From the human T2T-CHM13v2.0 reference genome, Homo sapiens: DNA of 64,000 nucleotides. Every line of letters starts with the position of its first letter. Position 1 is the stretch's first letter. Below are positions 1 through 13,440 of the stretch, piece after piece. Where the stretch lies: assembly GCF_009914755.1 (NCBI RefSeq), contig NC_060927.1. One strand, 5' to 3'. The position numbers were made by a program, and so were the translations under genes. The notes below the pieces were generated by a model. That model was given only the letters and a program-made list of their open reading frames with translations, was not told where the DNA came from and did no database searches.

Positions 1-1435
1 TGCTTAAGAGGAGAAAATACTTATACCTAGAAAGGAATGAACCTACAATATACTCAGTATCTTTGCACCACAGTTTCCAAATGTGTTCACACTTCCTACC
101 AAACACTCCAAGCAACAAAGATTCTGTTATCATGTAAGTTTGAGAAATGTAGCACACTGCATCCCTGTTCGTAAAGACTGAGAAGGTATATTAGCAGCAT
201 ATAATAAGCTCAGAGAAATTCTGAAGAAATTGATTAAACTTTATTTAAAAGAAATGTTGCATAAATTTATTTTCTATCATAATCTTTTTCTTTTTTGTAC
301 ATATTGTTAATACTCTATTAACATCCTATCCTATGAATTTGAAGTTTTAAAAACACACCTTAGGAAAAGTTACTAAAACCAATATCATAATAGGAAGAAT
401 AATCATGGTTTTAATCTTTTAAAAATATAGGACATCACATGTATCATCCTACAGTAAATCTACAAAAATAGAGAGCAAGATTATTCTCGCTACAAAATGG
501 AGATAAAAATGCCTACTTAGAAAATCACTGGTGAGCGTAAATAAGAGTATATGTGAAAGCAGTTTGCAAATTGAAAAGTGCTATAGAATTATGATGTGTT
601 ATTTTTGGGTCATAGTTAACAGTATACACACATATACATACATGTGTATATGTATATTTATGCATGTATAAGAAAGAAAGACAGGAATGTGTATATGCTA
701 TACCACAAATTCCTGTCTTCGTGTTCTCCACGATACTGATCCTAGCATGGATGTAGAGAGGACATGCACAATACATGTATTTGAGTGAATGGATGCAGGA
801 ATAAGTGGGTGAACAACAAATAGGGATTCTGTACCTTATTACTAGGTCACCCTTTAGCTTAAACGAGAAAGACATTCTGAAATCAGTCTTCCTTCAGTGT
901 TTGGAAGTTATGCTTGTTCCGTACTTCCTTATAGTATCTCATCATTTATACTGTACGATTATAGGCCACATTCTCGTTAGTCATTTGGTTAAAACTGATT
1001 TGCCTAAAATATAGACAATAAAGTTATAGGAAACCAAAAGTCAGGATTCTATTTCTATTCAATAGTCTATTCTTTTGGATATTTTGGCTACCCAAATACT
1101 GAAGTCCCTTAGTATTCAGATTACACTTGAGGAGAAACTGTTTTGGTTTTCTCTCAAAAGATCTTATAATACCTGACAATTATTAATATAAGTTTTATTA
1201 AGCATTTATAAATATCACAAATTAATCCACTTGGGGTTTGGTTTTCTGATTTATAAAACAGTATCCAAGTGTACCTTGCCCCTACATTGTCCTTGCTCTT
1301 TTTTGAAAATCTTTGACCTTTTATACGATAATTAACTTGCAATCTGTACTCTACATAGTCCTCACATCTACTGACAATCTCATACAAACAATTACTCACT
1401 TTCTTCTGTTCCCCCCCATGAAATACATATGTAAA

Positions 1436-1438
<3 letters not shown>

Positions 1439-1476
<38 letters not shown>
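1439..1476. repeat. (TA)n microsatellite
   Basis: Uninterrupted TA run of about 19 units. Confidence 0.95.
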
Positions 1477-1479
<3 letters not shown>

Positions 1480-2849
1480 CCTTCTGTTTATGGTATTACT
1501 AAAGAACAATCTTTAACTATTACCCCCATCATGGAAGAACATATTGCAAACTCTAAATATTTATAATTTTATTGTGAAAAATAATTACTAGATTAATAAG
1601 TCTATGGGTACTGACTACCCATACAGGTATAAGGTATAAGGTATACCTTATACAGGTATAAGAATTAAATACTGACTAAGTCTGAGTCACTGATTTGAAA
1701 TGTAAAGTGTGAAATTTCAATGTGCTTATAGAAAAGCGCAGGTTTTGAACCACTCACACTGATATATTTTTAACCAAAACAGACAAATTAGCTTTGATGA
1801 TGAAAATAAAAATCATAACCACAGTGTCATCATATTCCTAAGGATAAAAAAGTGTTAAGCAGCTAATACTTTGTGACTGAGGTTAATTGTCATTCTGTAG
1901 TGATGATGCTAATCACTATGCAATTTTCATTATCTGGACTTTGTTAAAGCACCTAGTATATATTTTATTGAAACCTGTGTAGTATGTTTTACATTATGCC
2001 CCATATGACATTTTAATATGTAGATTTTAGAGGCCCTATTCCTCATCAGATGTCCTGAAATTTGTGTGAGGAGGCAGTGCATCAGTCAATTGTAAATGTA
2101 TTTTCAATTTCTTACTATGTGATAGCATCAGTAAAGGAAATGATAAGCAATGATTTCAGTTTTATAGAACTTTAATTTCACCAAGTTACAAGAGAAAACT
2201 AATCATTTCACCTGCTCTTCACTCTCTATCCTGTTGCTTTTTCTGTATTTCCTGTCTCAGTAAATGGCTCAAGCATGCTTCCATCTTCTAGCTGGAGATA
2301 AATTTAGATTGGCACTGCTTACAGCTCTTGTTGGATACAGAATCCCTCCAAAGAGCTGTTGCTTTCTAGTCTCATCTTCCTAGTCTCATTTTGGTTTCTC
2401 AGCTTTCAAGGAATACTCTTGGCTCTTAAACATCTTAGGCTGTGCCTTGGACCTAGATTTTAGAAGAGTGGGTCTTTTTTGAGTATTTTCTCCAAGGAGT
2501 CTTTGTTTTAAGGTGATAGTTTGCTGACCATTCATTGGTTCCACTGCTTCTCTGAAAGGATCTATGACTTCAATCACTGTTTTTCTATTCTACTGGATTT
2601 TCCTGAGTTGTGTAGTTGTTAAGATCATGGACAAGTAATATGCTTCTGGCTCTGGGAGTGTCATGGACTTCTATATTTAAATGAGTTCAGTGTTGAAGAC
2701 ATGTCTCACACAAGAACTACTGATCTTAGGGTGGCCTAAAAGGTAATATGAACATTCAAAGAATAAAATGAAAAGAGATTTATTTTTGATAATGGGAGCA
2801 ATGTGATCTACTGACTTGAGGTTTGGATCTATCCTAATTAATTAATTAA

Positions 2850-3560
2850 TTTTCTAAACACCTACTCAGTTTCCTAGTATCATTTATCAAATAATCGATT
2901 TATTTCCACTAATTAAATATAGCATTTTAATCATGCTTAATTATGCATACTTATGGCTCTTACTAGGCTTCATTTTTCTTCTGTTGACAGTATAATTTTA
3001 CAAAAATATTACATAGTTTTGATTATTGTACTTTAAAATTTGGGGTATAGCAGGTAGAATAGAGGACATTTTAGCTCATTTACTTATTTAGATAAATATT
3101 AGGAAAAACATCCCTGCCCCAAAAAATCTAACTGGCATTTTAATTGGAGTTAATTTTAGAAATTAAATTAGGGAAAGGAATGCTTTGAGAACATTGAGAC
3201 TTTTTGTCCAGTTCATGGCATTTAATCTCCATTTATTTAAAATATTATTCTGTATAATTAAGTGAAATTGTGTAATTTTCTTTACACAGGTTGCACGTAT
3301 TTCTTAAGTATATTTTTAAGTATTATGCATTTTTGTGCTTCTGTGAATGGGATCTATTTTTCATTGATTTTTGTTTCAGTCACTACTGTATAAGAAAATC
3401 TAGTGACTTTAAATTATTTTATAGAAATATCAAATAATATGTATCTAATAATGTTTGATAAGTTTTATATTTTCTGAGTTTTTTAGAAAGACAATCATAT
3501 AATATATACATACTAATAAATTTCTCCCTGACTTCTAATATCCATAGTCTTTTTAGCTAC
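2850..3560 (-). mobile_element. Ancient L1M (L1ME-like) ORF2 fragment
   Basis: Degenerate antisense L1 ORF2 motifs (ttcctagtatcatttatcaaataat, gtgaatgggatc, agacaatcatat). Boundaries approximate. Confidence 0.55.
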
Positions 3561-5420
3561 TAGCTTGAGAAAATGATGTATTTTATTAAATATGTGCTGT
3601 AACTTCACTAACAGATTTTGCTGAAAAGATGTTTTATAAATCACTGACAGGCATTATCATCGACGCTTGATATACATTGATGCTTGATAAAGTTCTGTGA
3701 TATACCACAGAACTTTATATTGTGGTTCTCAAAAGTGTATTTCATAAAAGAACATGACATAATAGAACAATTCTTAACCTGGAGGTTGGGAATACTTTAT
3801 CCTAATCAAGCCCTGCCATTAATTAGCCGTTTGACCTAGGACATTTTATCAAACCATATTTGTCTCAATTATTTCTCTCAAAATGAGATAATTGACTGAT
3901 TCTTACTGAGTTTCAATCCTTCTTGCATCATAAACCCTTTGGGAAAATGAATGGAAGCTGTAGATATCCAATGATAAATTAATATGTCATATATAAATGA
4001 TATTTGCATTAAAGTATAGTTTTATGTTTCATTAGATTATTTCATAGGATCCTGGTAAACAAAACACACAAAAACATCTGAGAGCTAGTTGATCTCTAAA
4101 ATTTTTAACTTAAGGAATATTTGGTTACATTACCTTTAAGAAATGTGTCTTGCATATGAATTTTAGGTCTGTTGAACAACTAATGCCTTGGTCTGTTGAC
4201 ATATCTTTAGTGGTAAATGAAAACTACATAACAGCTGCCATAACTCACTAGTAAAACATTTTAGTCTTTATATTCTTTCAGGTTTTATACCATTAAAGTA
4301 TAATTGTATTCTGTATAGTAATATGCTTCTGTGAAATCCCTCTCATTTAATCCATTTCTTCCTAAAGTTCTTAACCTTCGGAGACTTTTAGCTATAGCCA
4401 TGAACTTTCAATTTTGCTATTGAAACAAGCTTAATAAAAATTTTCACTTTACATGCAACTTTTCAGAAATGTAGTAGTTTCTTAAATTGAGAGAAACCAA
4501 CCACTCTCCAGGTTGGATATAAAAATAACCTGTTTTAAAATGTTCAAAATTTCATTTCTGGTTTAATTTCTAAAGGACAGTAAGAAGCAAGGGAGATTCC
4601 TAGTATTTTAAGACTTCTGTCATTTGGGCAATGTTCTAATTAGCCCAGATGTTGTGAGATTCTTCACAACATAGTCTTTAATTGCTGTATTTTTTTCAAC
4701 CCCCATGCTCAATAACCTTATGCAACTGAGTTGGCTCCAGGTGAGTTACTCTTTTATTTAAGCCACTGTAGCCCATAGATGCACAGGATGTTAGCATAAG
4801 AAAGGACTTTAGAGATAATATATTCTAAATCCCTAATTTTACTTGATTGTTTCCTTTGATAAGGCCTCATAATGTAGTGGGGAGAACATAGATTGAGTGT
4901 TATAAAATTAAGAGTCTATCCTGGCCCTACACCTCAGATTTCTTCTCTGTAAAATGAGCTAGTCAGATCAAATGATCTCCAAAATCTTTAAAACATCAAC
5001 TTCTCTTATTTGTATGAGAAGAAGAGGGGAACAACAGCTCTTTTAGTAGAATTATTCTACTCCAGAATATTTCTGAAGATCGAAATATATTTTTCTACTT
5101 CCAAACATCCATGAAATAAATGGCTTTTATGACTTCTGACCCTTGTTCCAAAGAAGGAGTAAGTCTGACCTGATATATGTCTTTTTAAAAATTACTTTGT
5201 AGTCTATATGCTTCTATTCTGAAGCCCAAACATAGTATTTTTTAATTTACAGCATTGGAAATTAAAGATAATATTTACAACAAGTAATAGAAAATAAGGT
5301 GTGATATTAATGGAAATATAATCTAAGTGTAGTTTTTTTCTTAAGTTCATATCTTCCCTATCTTTCTATGCCTGTTTCTGCTAAATTTACAAATGTTGTA
5401 TTCAGACAAGAATTTATCTG

Positions 5421-8400
5421 CTAGAGGGATTTGGAGCCCCCAATTGCCTGGTTCAGCAACCTGAGCTGCCCCACCCTGCCTAGACATAGATTGTAGTACA
5501 GAGGGAATCCCTCTGCTCCACACCTACGCAGATCTCCAGTAAGTTGGAACATCTGTTCACTTGGGTCAGCAGCCTGAGTTGCCCCACCCCTCCTGTGAAG
5601 AGATCTTGAGGTGATCCTTTCTTCTCCATGGTCAGGCAGATATCCAGGTATTTGGAGTGCCCACTTGTCTGATTCAACAGCCCGACCTGCCCCACCATTC
5701 CTAGACATAGATAGTGGTGCAGTGAGACCCTCTCTGCTTCATGTCCAGGCAGATCCTGAGGCATTCAGAGCACCTGTTTCCCTGGTTCAGCAGCCTGAGT
5801 CATACCACCCCTCCATGCAGAAATCTTGGTGCAGGGGTGCTGTCTCTGCCCCATGCCTAGGAAGATCTCCAGGTATCTAGAGCACCCACTCTCCTAGATT
5901 GAGCTTCAGCTGCCCCTATTACCATGCAGAGATCTTGAAGCCAAGGTTTCTCAGCTCCACATGTAGGCACACTTCTGGGTACATGGTGACCACCCACTGG
6001 ATTCTCCTTTGGCACTGGTGCTTGTGCCTGCCATCAGGGAACCTGCTGGCAGACTTGCTTGGTCCAGCCCTACCCTTCATGGCTCCCACCCCTTGGAGAG
6101 TGAGCAGAGAGTTCAGACCACTGTGCATTCCATGAGTCAGTGCATTGGTTGAGGCAACAGGGAGCTTCTGCCAGTAAACAAGGATCAAGTATATACCCAG
6201 CCCCATTGGTCACAACCAAATCTTACCTATAAGTGTCATCTATGGGCTTGTAGGACAAACTGCACAGCCCAATTTAAAACCTGCTAAAAGAAGTACGTAG
6301 ACATAGAATTTATACAAGCAAAGCCAAAAGACCCTCCTCATCATTCTCTATAGCCACAGCCCCTAGGGTGGAAGGGGAAGGTAAAGGGAAAGAAAATAAT
6401 AATAATAACATTATAGGGAAAGAAAGAAAAAGAAAAAATCCTACCTGCATGAACATAATTATAAGAATTAGAAGTGCCAGCATCTCCAGATGAGAAGGAA
6501 CCAAAACAAGAATGCTGGCATCATGAAAAATCTGAATGTAGTGACACCACCAAAGGACTGCACTAGCTCCCCTGCAATGGTCACTATCCAAAATAGAAAC
6601 TCAGAAATAACAGATAAAGAATCCAAAGTATGGATTGCAAGGAAGTTCACTGAGAGACCCAAGAAAGGGTGGAAAATCAACACAAAAAAAATTCTAAAGC
6701 AATCCAGTAAATGAAGGAAGAGATAAATGCCCTAAAAAGAAAATCAGTCAGAACTTCTGGAATTGAAAAACTCACTTAAGGAACCTCAAAATACAGTTGA
6801 AGATCTTATCAATAGACTGGATGAAGTAGAAGAAAGAAGCTCAGAGCCAGAAAGCCAGTCTTTTCAACTAACCCAGTCTGACAAAAATGAAGAAAAAAAG
6901 AATTTTAAAAAATGATCAAAATCTTTGAGAAATATGAGCTTATGTAAACTGATCAAACCTACAAATTACTGGCATTCCTTGGAGAGAAGGAGGAAAAGCG
7001 AATAACCTGGAAAATATATTTGAGGTAATCATTCAAGAAAATGTCCCTAATCTTACTAGAGAGGTAGAAATTCAGATATAAGAAATTCAGAGAACACCTG
7101 TGAAACACTGTACAAAACAAATATCACCAAGACATATAACCACTAGACTATCCAAGGTCAGCACTATAGAAAAAAACTTAAAGGCAGCTAGAGGAAAAGG
7201 AAAAATTACATACAAAGGGAACCCCATCAAGCTAACAGCAGACTTGTCAGAAAAAGGCTTACAAGCCAAGAGAGATTGGGAGCCTATCTTTAACAGTTAA
7301 AGAAAAGAAATTCCAATCAAGAGTTTTATATCCTGCCAAGCTGAACTCATAAATGAAGGAGAAATAAAATATTTTACAGACAAGCAAGCACTAAGGGAAT
7401 TTGTTACCACTACACCTGCCTTACAAGAGATTCTTAAGGGAGTTCTACACATGGAAACAAAAGAATGATAACTGCCGCTACAAAAACACACTGAAGTATA
7501 CAGCTCACAGACCCCATAAAGCAAAAATACAATAGAAATTACACAGCGAACAGCTAACAACTTCATGATAAGATCAAAACCTCTCATATCAATATTAACC
7601 TGGAAGGTAAATGGTCTAAATGATCCACTTAAAAGTCACAGAGTAGTAAGTTAGATAAGAAAACAAGACCCATTCATCTGCTCTCTTTTAGGGATCTGTT
7701 TCACACGTACTGACACCCATAGGCTTACAGGGTTGGAGAAAGATATACCATGCAAACAGAAAACAAAAAACAAAGAGTCGGAGTTACTATTCTCATATCA
7801 GATGAAACAGACTTTAAAGCAACAACAGTAAAAAATGACAAGAAGCACATTACAACATTACATAATGATAAATTGTTCAAGCAACAAGAAGACTTGACTA
7901 TCATAAGTATGTACACACCAAACACAGGAGCACCCAAATTCATAAAATGAGAACTTCTAGAACTACAAAAAGACTTAGACAGCCACACAATAATAGTGGG
8001 GGTATTCAAGACCCCACGAACAGCATTAGACAGTTCATCACGGCAGAAAACCAACCAAGAAATTCTGGACTTAAACTCAGCACTTGACCGACTGGACCTA
8101 ATAAACATCTATAGAATACTCCACCCATCAACTATAGAATATATGCTCTTCTCATCTGGACATCTGGACATGGAACATACTCCAAGAAATCATGTGCTCA
8201 ATAAATTAAAAAATACTTGAATAAGTCTCAATAAATTTTTTTAAAAAACTAAAAATCATACAAACTATAGTCTCAGACCACAGTGGAATACAATAGAAAT
8301 CAATACAAGGAGGCCTCTCAAAAACCACACAATTATAGGGAAATTAAACAACTTGCTCCTGAATGACTTTTGGGTGAACAAAGAATCAAGGCAGAAATTT

Positions 8401-11400
8401 CAAAATTATTTGAAATAAATGAAAACAGAAACATAACATACCAAAATATCTGGGATGTAGCCAAAGCAGTGTTAAGAGGAAAGTTCATAGCACTAAACGC
8501 CTACCTCAAAAAGTTAAAAATATCTCATTTTAACAATCTAACCTAACATCTAGAGGAACTAGAGAAACAAGAGCAAAGTAACCTTAAAGCTAGCAGGAGA
8601 AAATAAATAACAAAAATCGGAGTGGAACTGAATAAAATTAAAACCTAATAATCCATTTAAAAAATCAACCAAACCAAAATTTAGTTTCTTAAGAAATAAA
8701 CAAGGTCAATAGACCACAAGATTATCAAAGAAAAAAAGAGAGAAAATCCAAATAAGTACAATAAGAAACAGCAAACAAAAGATTCTCAGAGAGTGTTATG
8801 AACACCTCTGTGGACACAAACTAAAAATCTAGAGGAAATGAATAAATTCTTGGAAAGATAAAATTTCCTAAGATTGAATCAGGAAGAAAATGAACACTGA
8901 ACGCACCAATATTGAGTTCCAAAATTGAATCAGTAATAAAAAGCCTACCAAGCAAAAAAAAAAAAAAAAGCCCTGGACCAGATGAGTTTACCACTGAATA
9001 ATACCAGAAGTACAGAGAAAGCCAGGTACCAATTCCACTAGAACTAATTTCAAAAAATTGAGGCGAAGGGATTCTCCCTCACTCATTCTATGAATCTAGC
9101 ACACCCTAATACCAAAACCTGGTAACAATATAATGAAAAAAATCAAACTACAGGCCAATATCCCTGATGAACATAGAAACAACAATTCTCAACAAAATAT
9201 AGCAAACCAAACGCAACAGCACATCAAAAAGTTAATTCACCATGATCAAGTAGGCTTCATTCCTGGGATGCAAGGTTCGTTCCGCATGCACAAAACAATA
9301 AATGTGGTTTACAGCATAGACAGAATTAAAAGCAGAAACCATATGATCATCTCAATAGACACAGAAAAAGATTTTGATAAAGTCAAACATCCTTTTGTTA
9401 CAAAAACTCTGAAGAAACTAGGCATCAAAAGAACACATCTTGAAACAGTAAGAGCCATCTATGACATACCCCCAGCCAATATCATACTTAACAGGCATAA
9501 ACTGAAAACTTTCCCCTTGAGAATTAGAAAAAGACAAGGATAGCTATTCTCCCACCTTCTATTCAGCATAGCACTGGAAGTCCTAGAGAGCAATCAGTCG
9601 AGAGAAAGAAATAAGAGTCATCCAAACAGGAAAAGAAGAAGTCAAACTCTCTTTTGGGGAGATATGATTCTACACCTTGAAAACCCTAAAGACTCTGCCA
9701 AAAGACTCCTGAAACTGATAAACAACTTCAGCAAATTTCAGGATAGAAAATCAATGTACAAAAATCAGTAGTGTGCCTACACACCAGTAATATTCAAGCT
9801 GAAAGCCAAATCAAGAACACAATCCCATTAACCGTAGCCACACACACACAGACACACACACACACACACACAGACTACGAATACATCAAACCAAGGAGAT
9901 GAAAGATATCTGCAAGGAGAATTACAAAACACTATGAAATGAAACCATAGATGACACACACAAATGGAAAGACATTCTATGCTCATGGATTAGAAGAATC
10001 AATACCATTAAAATGTTCATACTGCCCAACACAATCTACAGACTCAGCACTATTTATATTAAACTACCAACATCTTCTTTAAGAATTATTTAAAAAAAAT
10101 AGAATTAGAAAAAAAATTCTAAAATGTATATGGAACCAAAAAAGAGTACAAACAGCTGAAACAATCTTAAGCAAAAAGAACAAAGCTGAAGGCATCACAT
10201 TACCTGACTTCAAACCATACTATAAGGCTACCATAGCCAAAACATCATGATACTGATATAAAAACAGACACATAAACCAATGGGAAAGAGTAGAGAACCC
10301 AGAAATAAAGCCATACACCTACAGCCATCTAATCTTTGATGAAGTCAGCAGAAATAAGCAATGGGGGAAAAGACTCCCTATTCAGTAAAATGGTGCTGGG
10401 ATGCCTAGATAGCCATATGCAGAAGAATGAAACTGGACCTACTACTTTTCACCATATACAAAAACTCAAGGTGGATTAAAGAGTTAAATGTAAGACCTCA
10501 AACTATAATAATTCTAGAAGAAAACCTAGAACACACCATTCTGGACATGGGCCTTGGGAAAGAATTTATAACTAAATAGTCAAAAGCAATCACAACAAAA
10601 ACAAAAATTGACAAGTGGGACCCTATAAAGGGCTTCTGCACAGCAAAAGAAACTACCAACAGAATAAAAAGACAACCTACCGAATGGGAGAAAATATTGG
10701 CAAACTATGCATCCAACAAAGTCTAATGTCGAAGATATGTAAGAAAGTTAAACAATTCAACAAGCAAAAGACAATTTAAAAAAAATGAGCAAAAGACATG
10801 AATAGGCACTTGTGAAGAGAAGACATACACATGGCCAACAAACATAAAAAATGCTCAATATCACTAATCATAAGAGAAATGCAAGTTAAAACCGTGAGAT
10901 GTCATCTCACACCAGTCAGAATGGCTATTATTATAATATAAAAAATAATAGGTGTTGGTGAGGCTGTGGAGAAAAAGGAACACGTTGGTGGCAATGTAAA
11001 CTAGCTTAGCCACTGTGGAAAGCAGTTTGGAAATTTCTCAAAGAATTTAAAACAGAACTACCATTTGACCCAGCAATCTCATTACTGGATATATATCCAA
11101 AAGAAAACAAATCATTTCTATCCGAAATACATATGCACTCGCATGTTCATTGCAGCACTATTCAAATGCAATAGCAAAGACATAGATTCAATATGGGTGC
11201 CTATCAGCGGTGGATTGGATAAAGAAAATGTAGTAAATAAGCACCATGGAATATCACATAGCCAAAAAGAAAAAAAAAAAAAAGAATGAAATCATGCCCC
11301 TTGTAGCAACATGGATGGAGCTGCAGGCCATTATTCTAATTAAATTAGTGCAGGGACAGAAAACCAAATACTACATGTTCTCATAAGTAGGAGCTAGACA

Positions 11401-11636
11401 TCAGGTGCTCATGGACATAAATATGGAAACAGCAGCAACTGGGGACTACTAGAGAAGGGAGGGAAGGAGGGAGAAGGGCAAGAGTTGAAAAACTAACTGT
11501 TGGGTACTATGCTCACTACGTGGGTGATGGGATTATTCATACCTCAAACCTCGGAGTCATGGGTAACATTTTTTAACCCATGTAACAAACCTGTACATGT
11601 ACCTCCTGAATCTAAAATAAAAGTTGAAAAAGAAAA
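5421..11636 (+). mobile_element. Near full-length decayed LINE-1 (L1PA15/16-like), sense to the host gene
   Basis: Tandem-repeat 5'UTR. ORF1 remnant from 6490 (MRRNQNKNAG..TPPKD). ORF2 remnant from about 7565, with endonuclease (GVTILISDETDFK) and RT ([14 protein letters not shown]) motifs and many stops/frameshifts. 3'UTR ends gaatctaaAATAAAagttgaaaaa. Confidence 0.92.
5431..5990 (+). repeat. About 5 degenerate ~110-bp tandem monomers in the L1 5'UTR
   Basis: Units start near 5431, 5544, 5652, 5764 and 5877. They share tcagcagcctgag, gccccacc and gcagatctccagg-like motifs. Confidence 0.85.
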
Positions 11637-11857
11637 CAAGAGATTAGAACAGAGACAATATACATGGCTAGAAGACCTTGTGAAGACACAACGAGAAAAT
11701 AGCCATTGACAAGCCAAGGAGAGAGGCTTTAGAGGAAACCAATCCTGCTGACACTTTGATCTCGGACTTCCAGCCTCTAGCACTTGGGGGAAATAATTTG
11801 TTTTTTGAGCCAGTCAGTCTGTGGTATTTGTTACAGAAGCCCTAGAAAACTAATAAA
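11637..11857 (+). mobile_element. 3' half of an MLT1 (MLT1B-like) MaLR LTR
   Basis: aagccaaggagagaggc..gaaaccaatcctgctgacactttgatctcggacttccagcctc..ccctagaaaactaata matches the MLT1 3' end. Confidence 0.85.
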
Positions 11858-13229
11858 ATGCCCTCCTCTGTTTTAAAAACAAAAGAGTTCATCTGAAAAA
11901 CAACTCTTGTTGCAGCCTTTCACATTTTCCCTTTAAAATTAATATGAAGGCCAGGATGAAGACATAATATGACATTTTAATCATCAGTAAAAGTTAAGTG
12001 TCAACCATTGATATGTTGTAAGAAAGCAGAGGAATTTTCACTAAAAGCCAAGTAAATAGGATTGGATTTTAAAAATATAAACAGCAGATAGCTTGAGTTT
12101 TTTAAGATACTTATTCTAATGGGAAATCCTTCACCCCATACTCACACTCTGCCCTCTGATTCAGAGAGCTGAGGTCTCCAAGAAAATGGGACAATCGTCC
12201 CTCTACAGCTTAGACATTGCTTTAAAACGTAACAGTCACTCTGCTAGGCCCAGTAGCTTTGTTGTTCGATTCAAAAGTAAAAGAAACATTAAAGTTTACA
12301 AAATTTCTCAACTAGAGTTTGGAGCAGGGAAAGGAGATACTCAAATGTTAAAGTGTCAATATTTACTGATAAGTAGGAAAATATAGTTATAATGGGATTT
12401 TGAAAAATTAAAAGTCACCACTAAATAAAATTTAAAATAGAAAACATACAAATCAAACAAATCATGAAACATATGGAAAAACATTGAAAAAAAGGAAATA
12501 TCAAGAAAATACAAATGTAAGAAATAGTAGGTCATAAACACCATGATTTTAAAAAATGTTTAAAGCATAGGAAACAGCTCAGGTTATTTCATGTGAAGAA
12601 CTCAGGAAACAGATTTTTACATATTACATGATTCTTATTTGGGATAAAAAAGGAAATACACACACAAAAGGATTGAAAATAAACCCAATGAGTAGTAAAA
12701 TTATTTGGAAGTTTTTCTTTTTAATCATTACAAAATAATTGATTTATATCAAATTAATATTATGCTTACACTTATTGATCACAAACTATTGCATGGAAGA
12801 GTGCTTAATACATTCTTGTACATTTTTTCATCTGATCTTTATTGCAGTCCATGAGGCAGATAATTTCAAGCCCATTTTATAAGAAAGAAACTAAAACTTG
12901 AAAAGCTTGAGATTTCCTGGAGATGCTTTAAAATTAGCAAATATCTTAACTTGAAAAAGTTTATGATTAATATAATAGAAACCTGCCAGAAATTATTGTC
13001 TTAACATTTTGCCATAATTGCTTAATTTCTATTTTTAAATTTAATAAAATGTTACAGATAAAGCCCTTCAGTTCTCACTTGCTCCCTCTTTCTCTCCTCT
13101 ACTATTATAAACTTGGTGCATAAGATTTTTAGATACTATTTTTACTACACAAATGTGTTAGTAAACCAATATTTGGCATTATTTTGTCTCATTAACTTCT
13201 ATGTGAATAATCACAAATGAAAGAAATGA

Positions 13230-13440
13230 TGGTAATAATAATAATAGCAGACATACATGAAGCTTCCTCAGTGCCAAGCAGTGTTCTAGGTACCTACATG
13301 GGTTAACTCATTTAATATTGTCACAATTCTATGAGCCCAATACTATTATTATTCCCATTTACAGGTAAGAAAACACACCATAGACTAAATAACTTGTCCT
13401 AAATCACAATCACACAGATAGTATACATGAGAGCTGGGAT
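13230..13440 (-). mobile_element. MIR SINE
   Basis: gtgccaagcagtgttctagg..aactcatttaat..attcccattttacaggtaagaaaac..aacttgtcc core. Confidence 0.75.

Noticed and set aside
2386-2577. 63-aa minus-strand ORF with protein-like composition
   Set aside because: Non-ATG start, no recognisable homology, and no poly(A)/TSD to support a retrocopy.
5431-5990. Regularly spaced repeats suggesting a CRISPR-like array
   Set aside because: Whole units are homologous with no unique spacers, the context is eukaryotic, and they are contiguous with L1 ORF1.
6490-11289. Several ORFs resembling L1 ORF1/ORF2
   Set aside because: Fragments of a decayed L1 broken by stops and frameshifts; not an active element.
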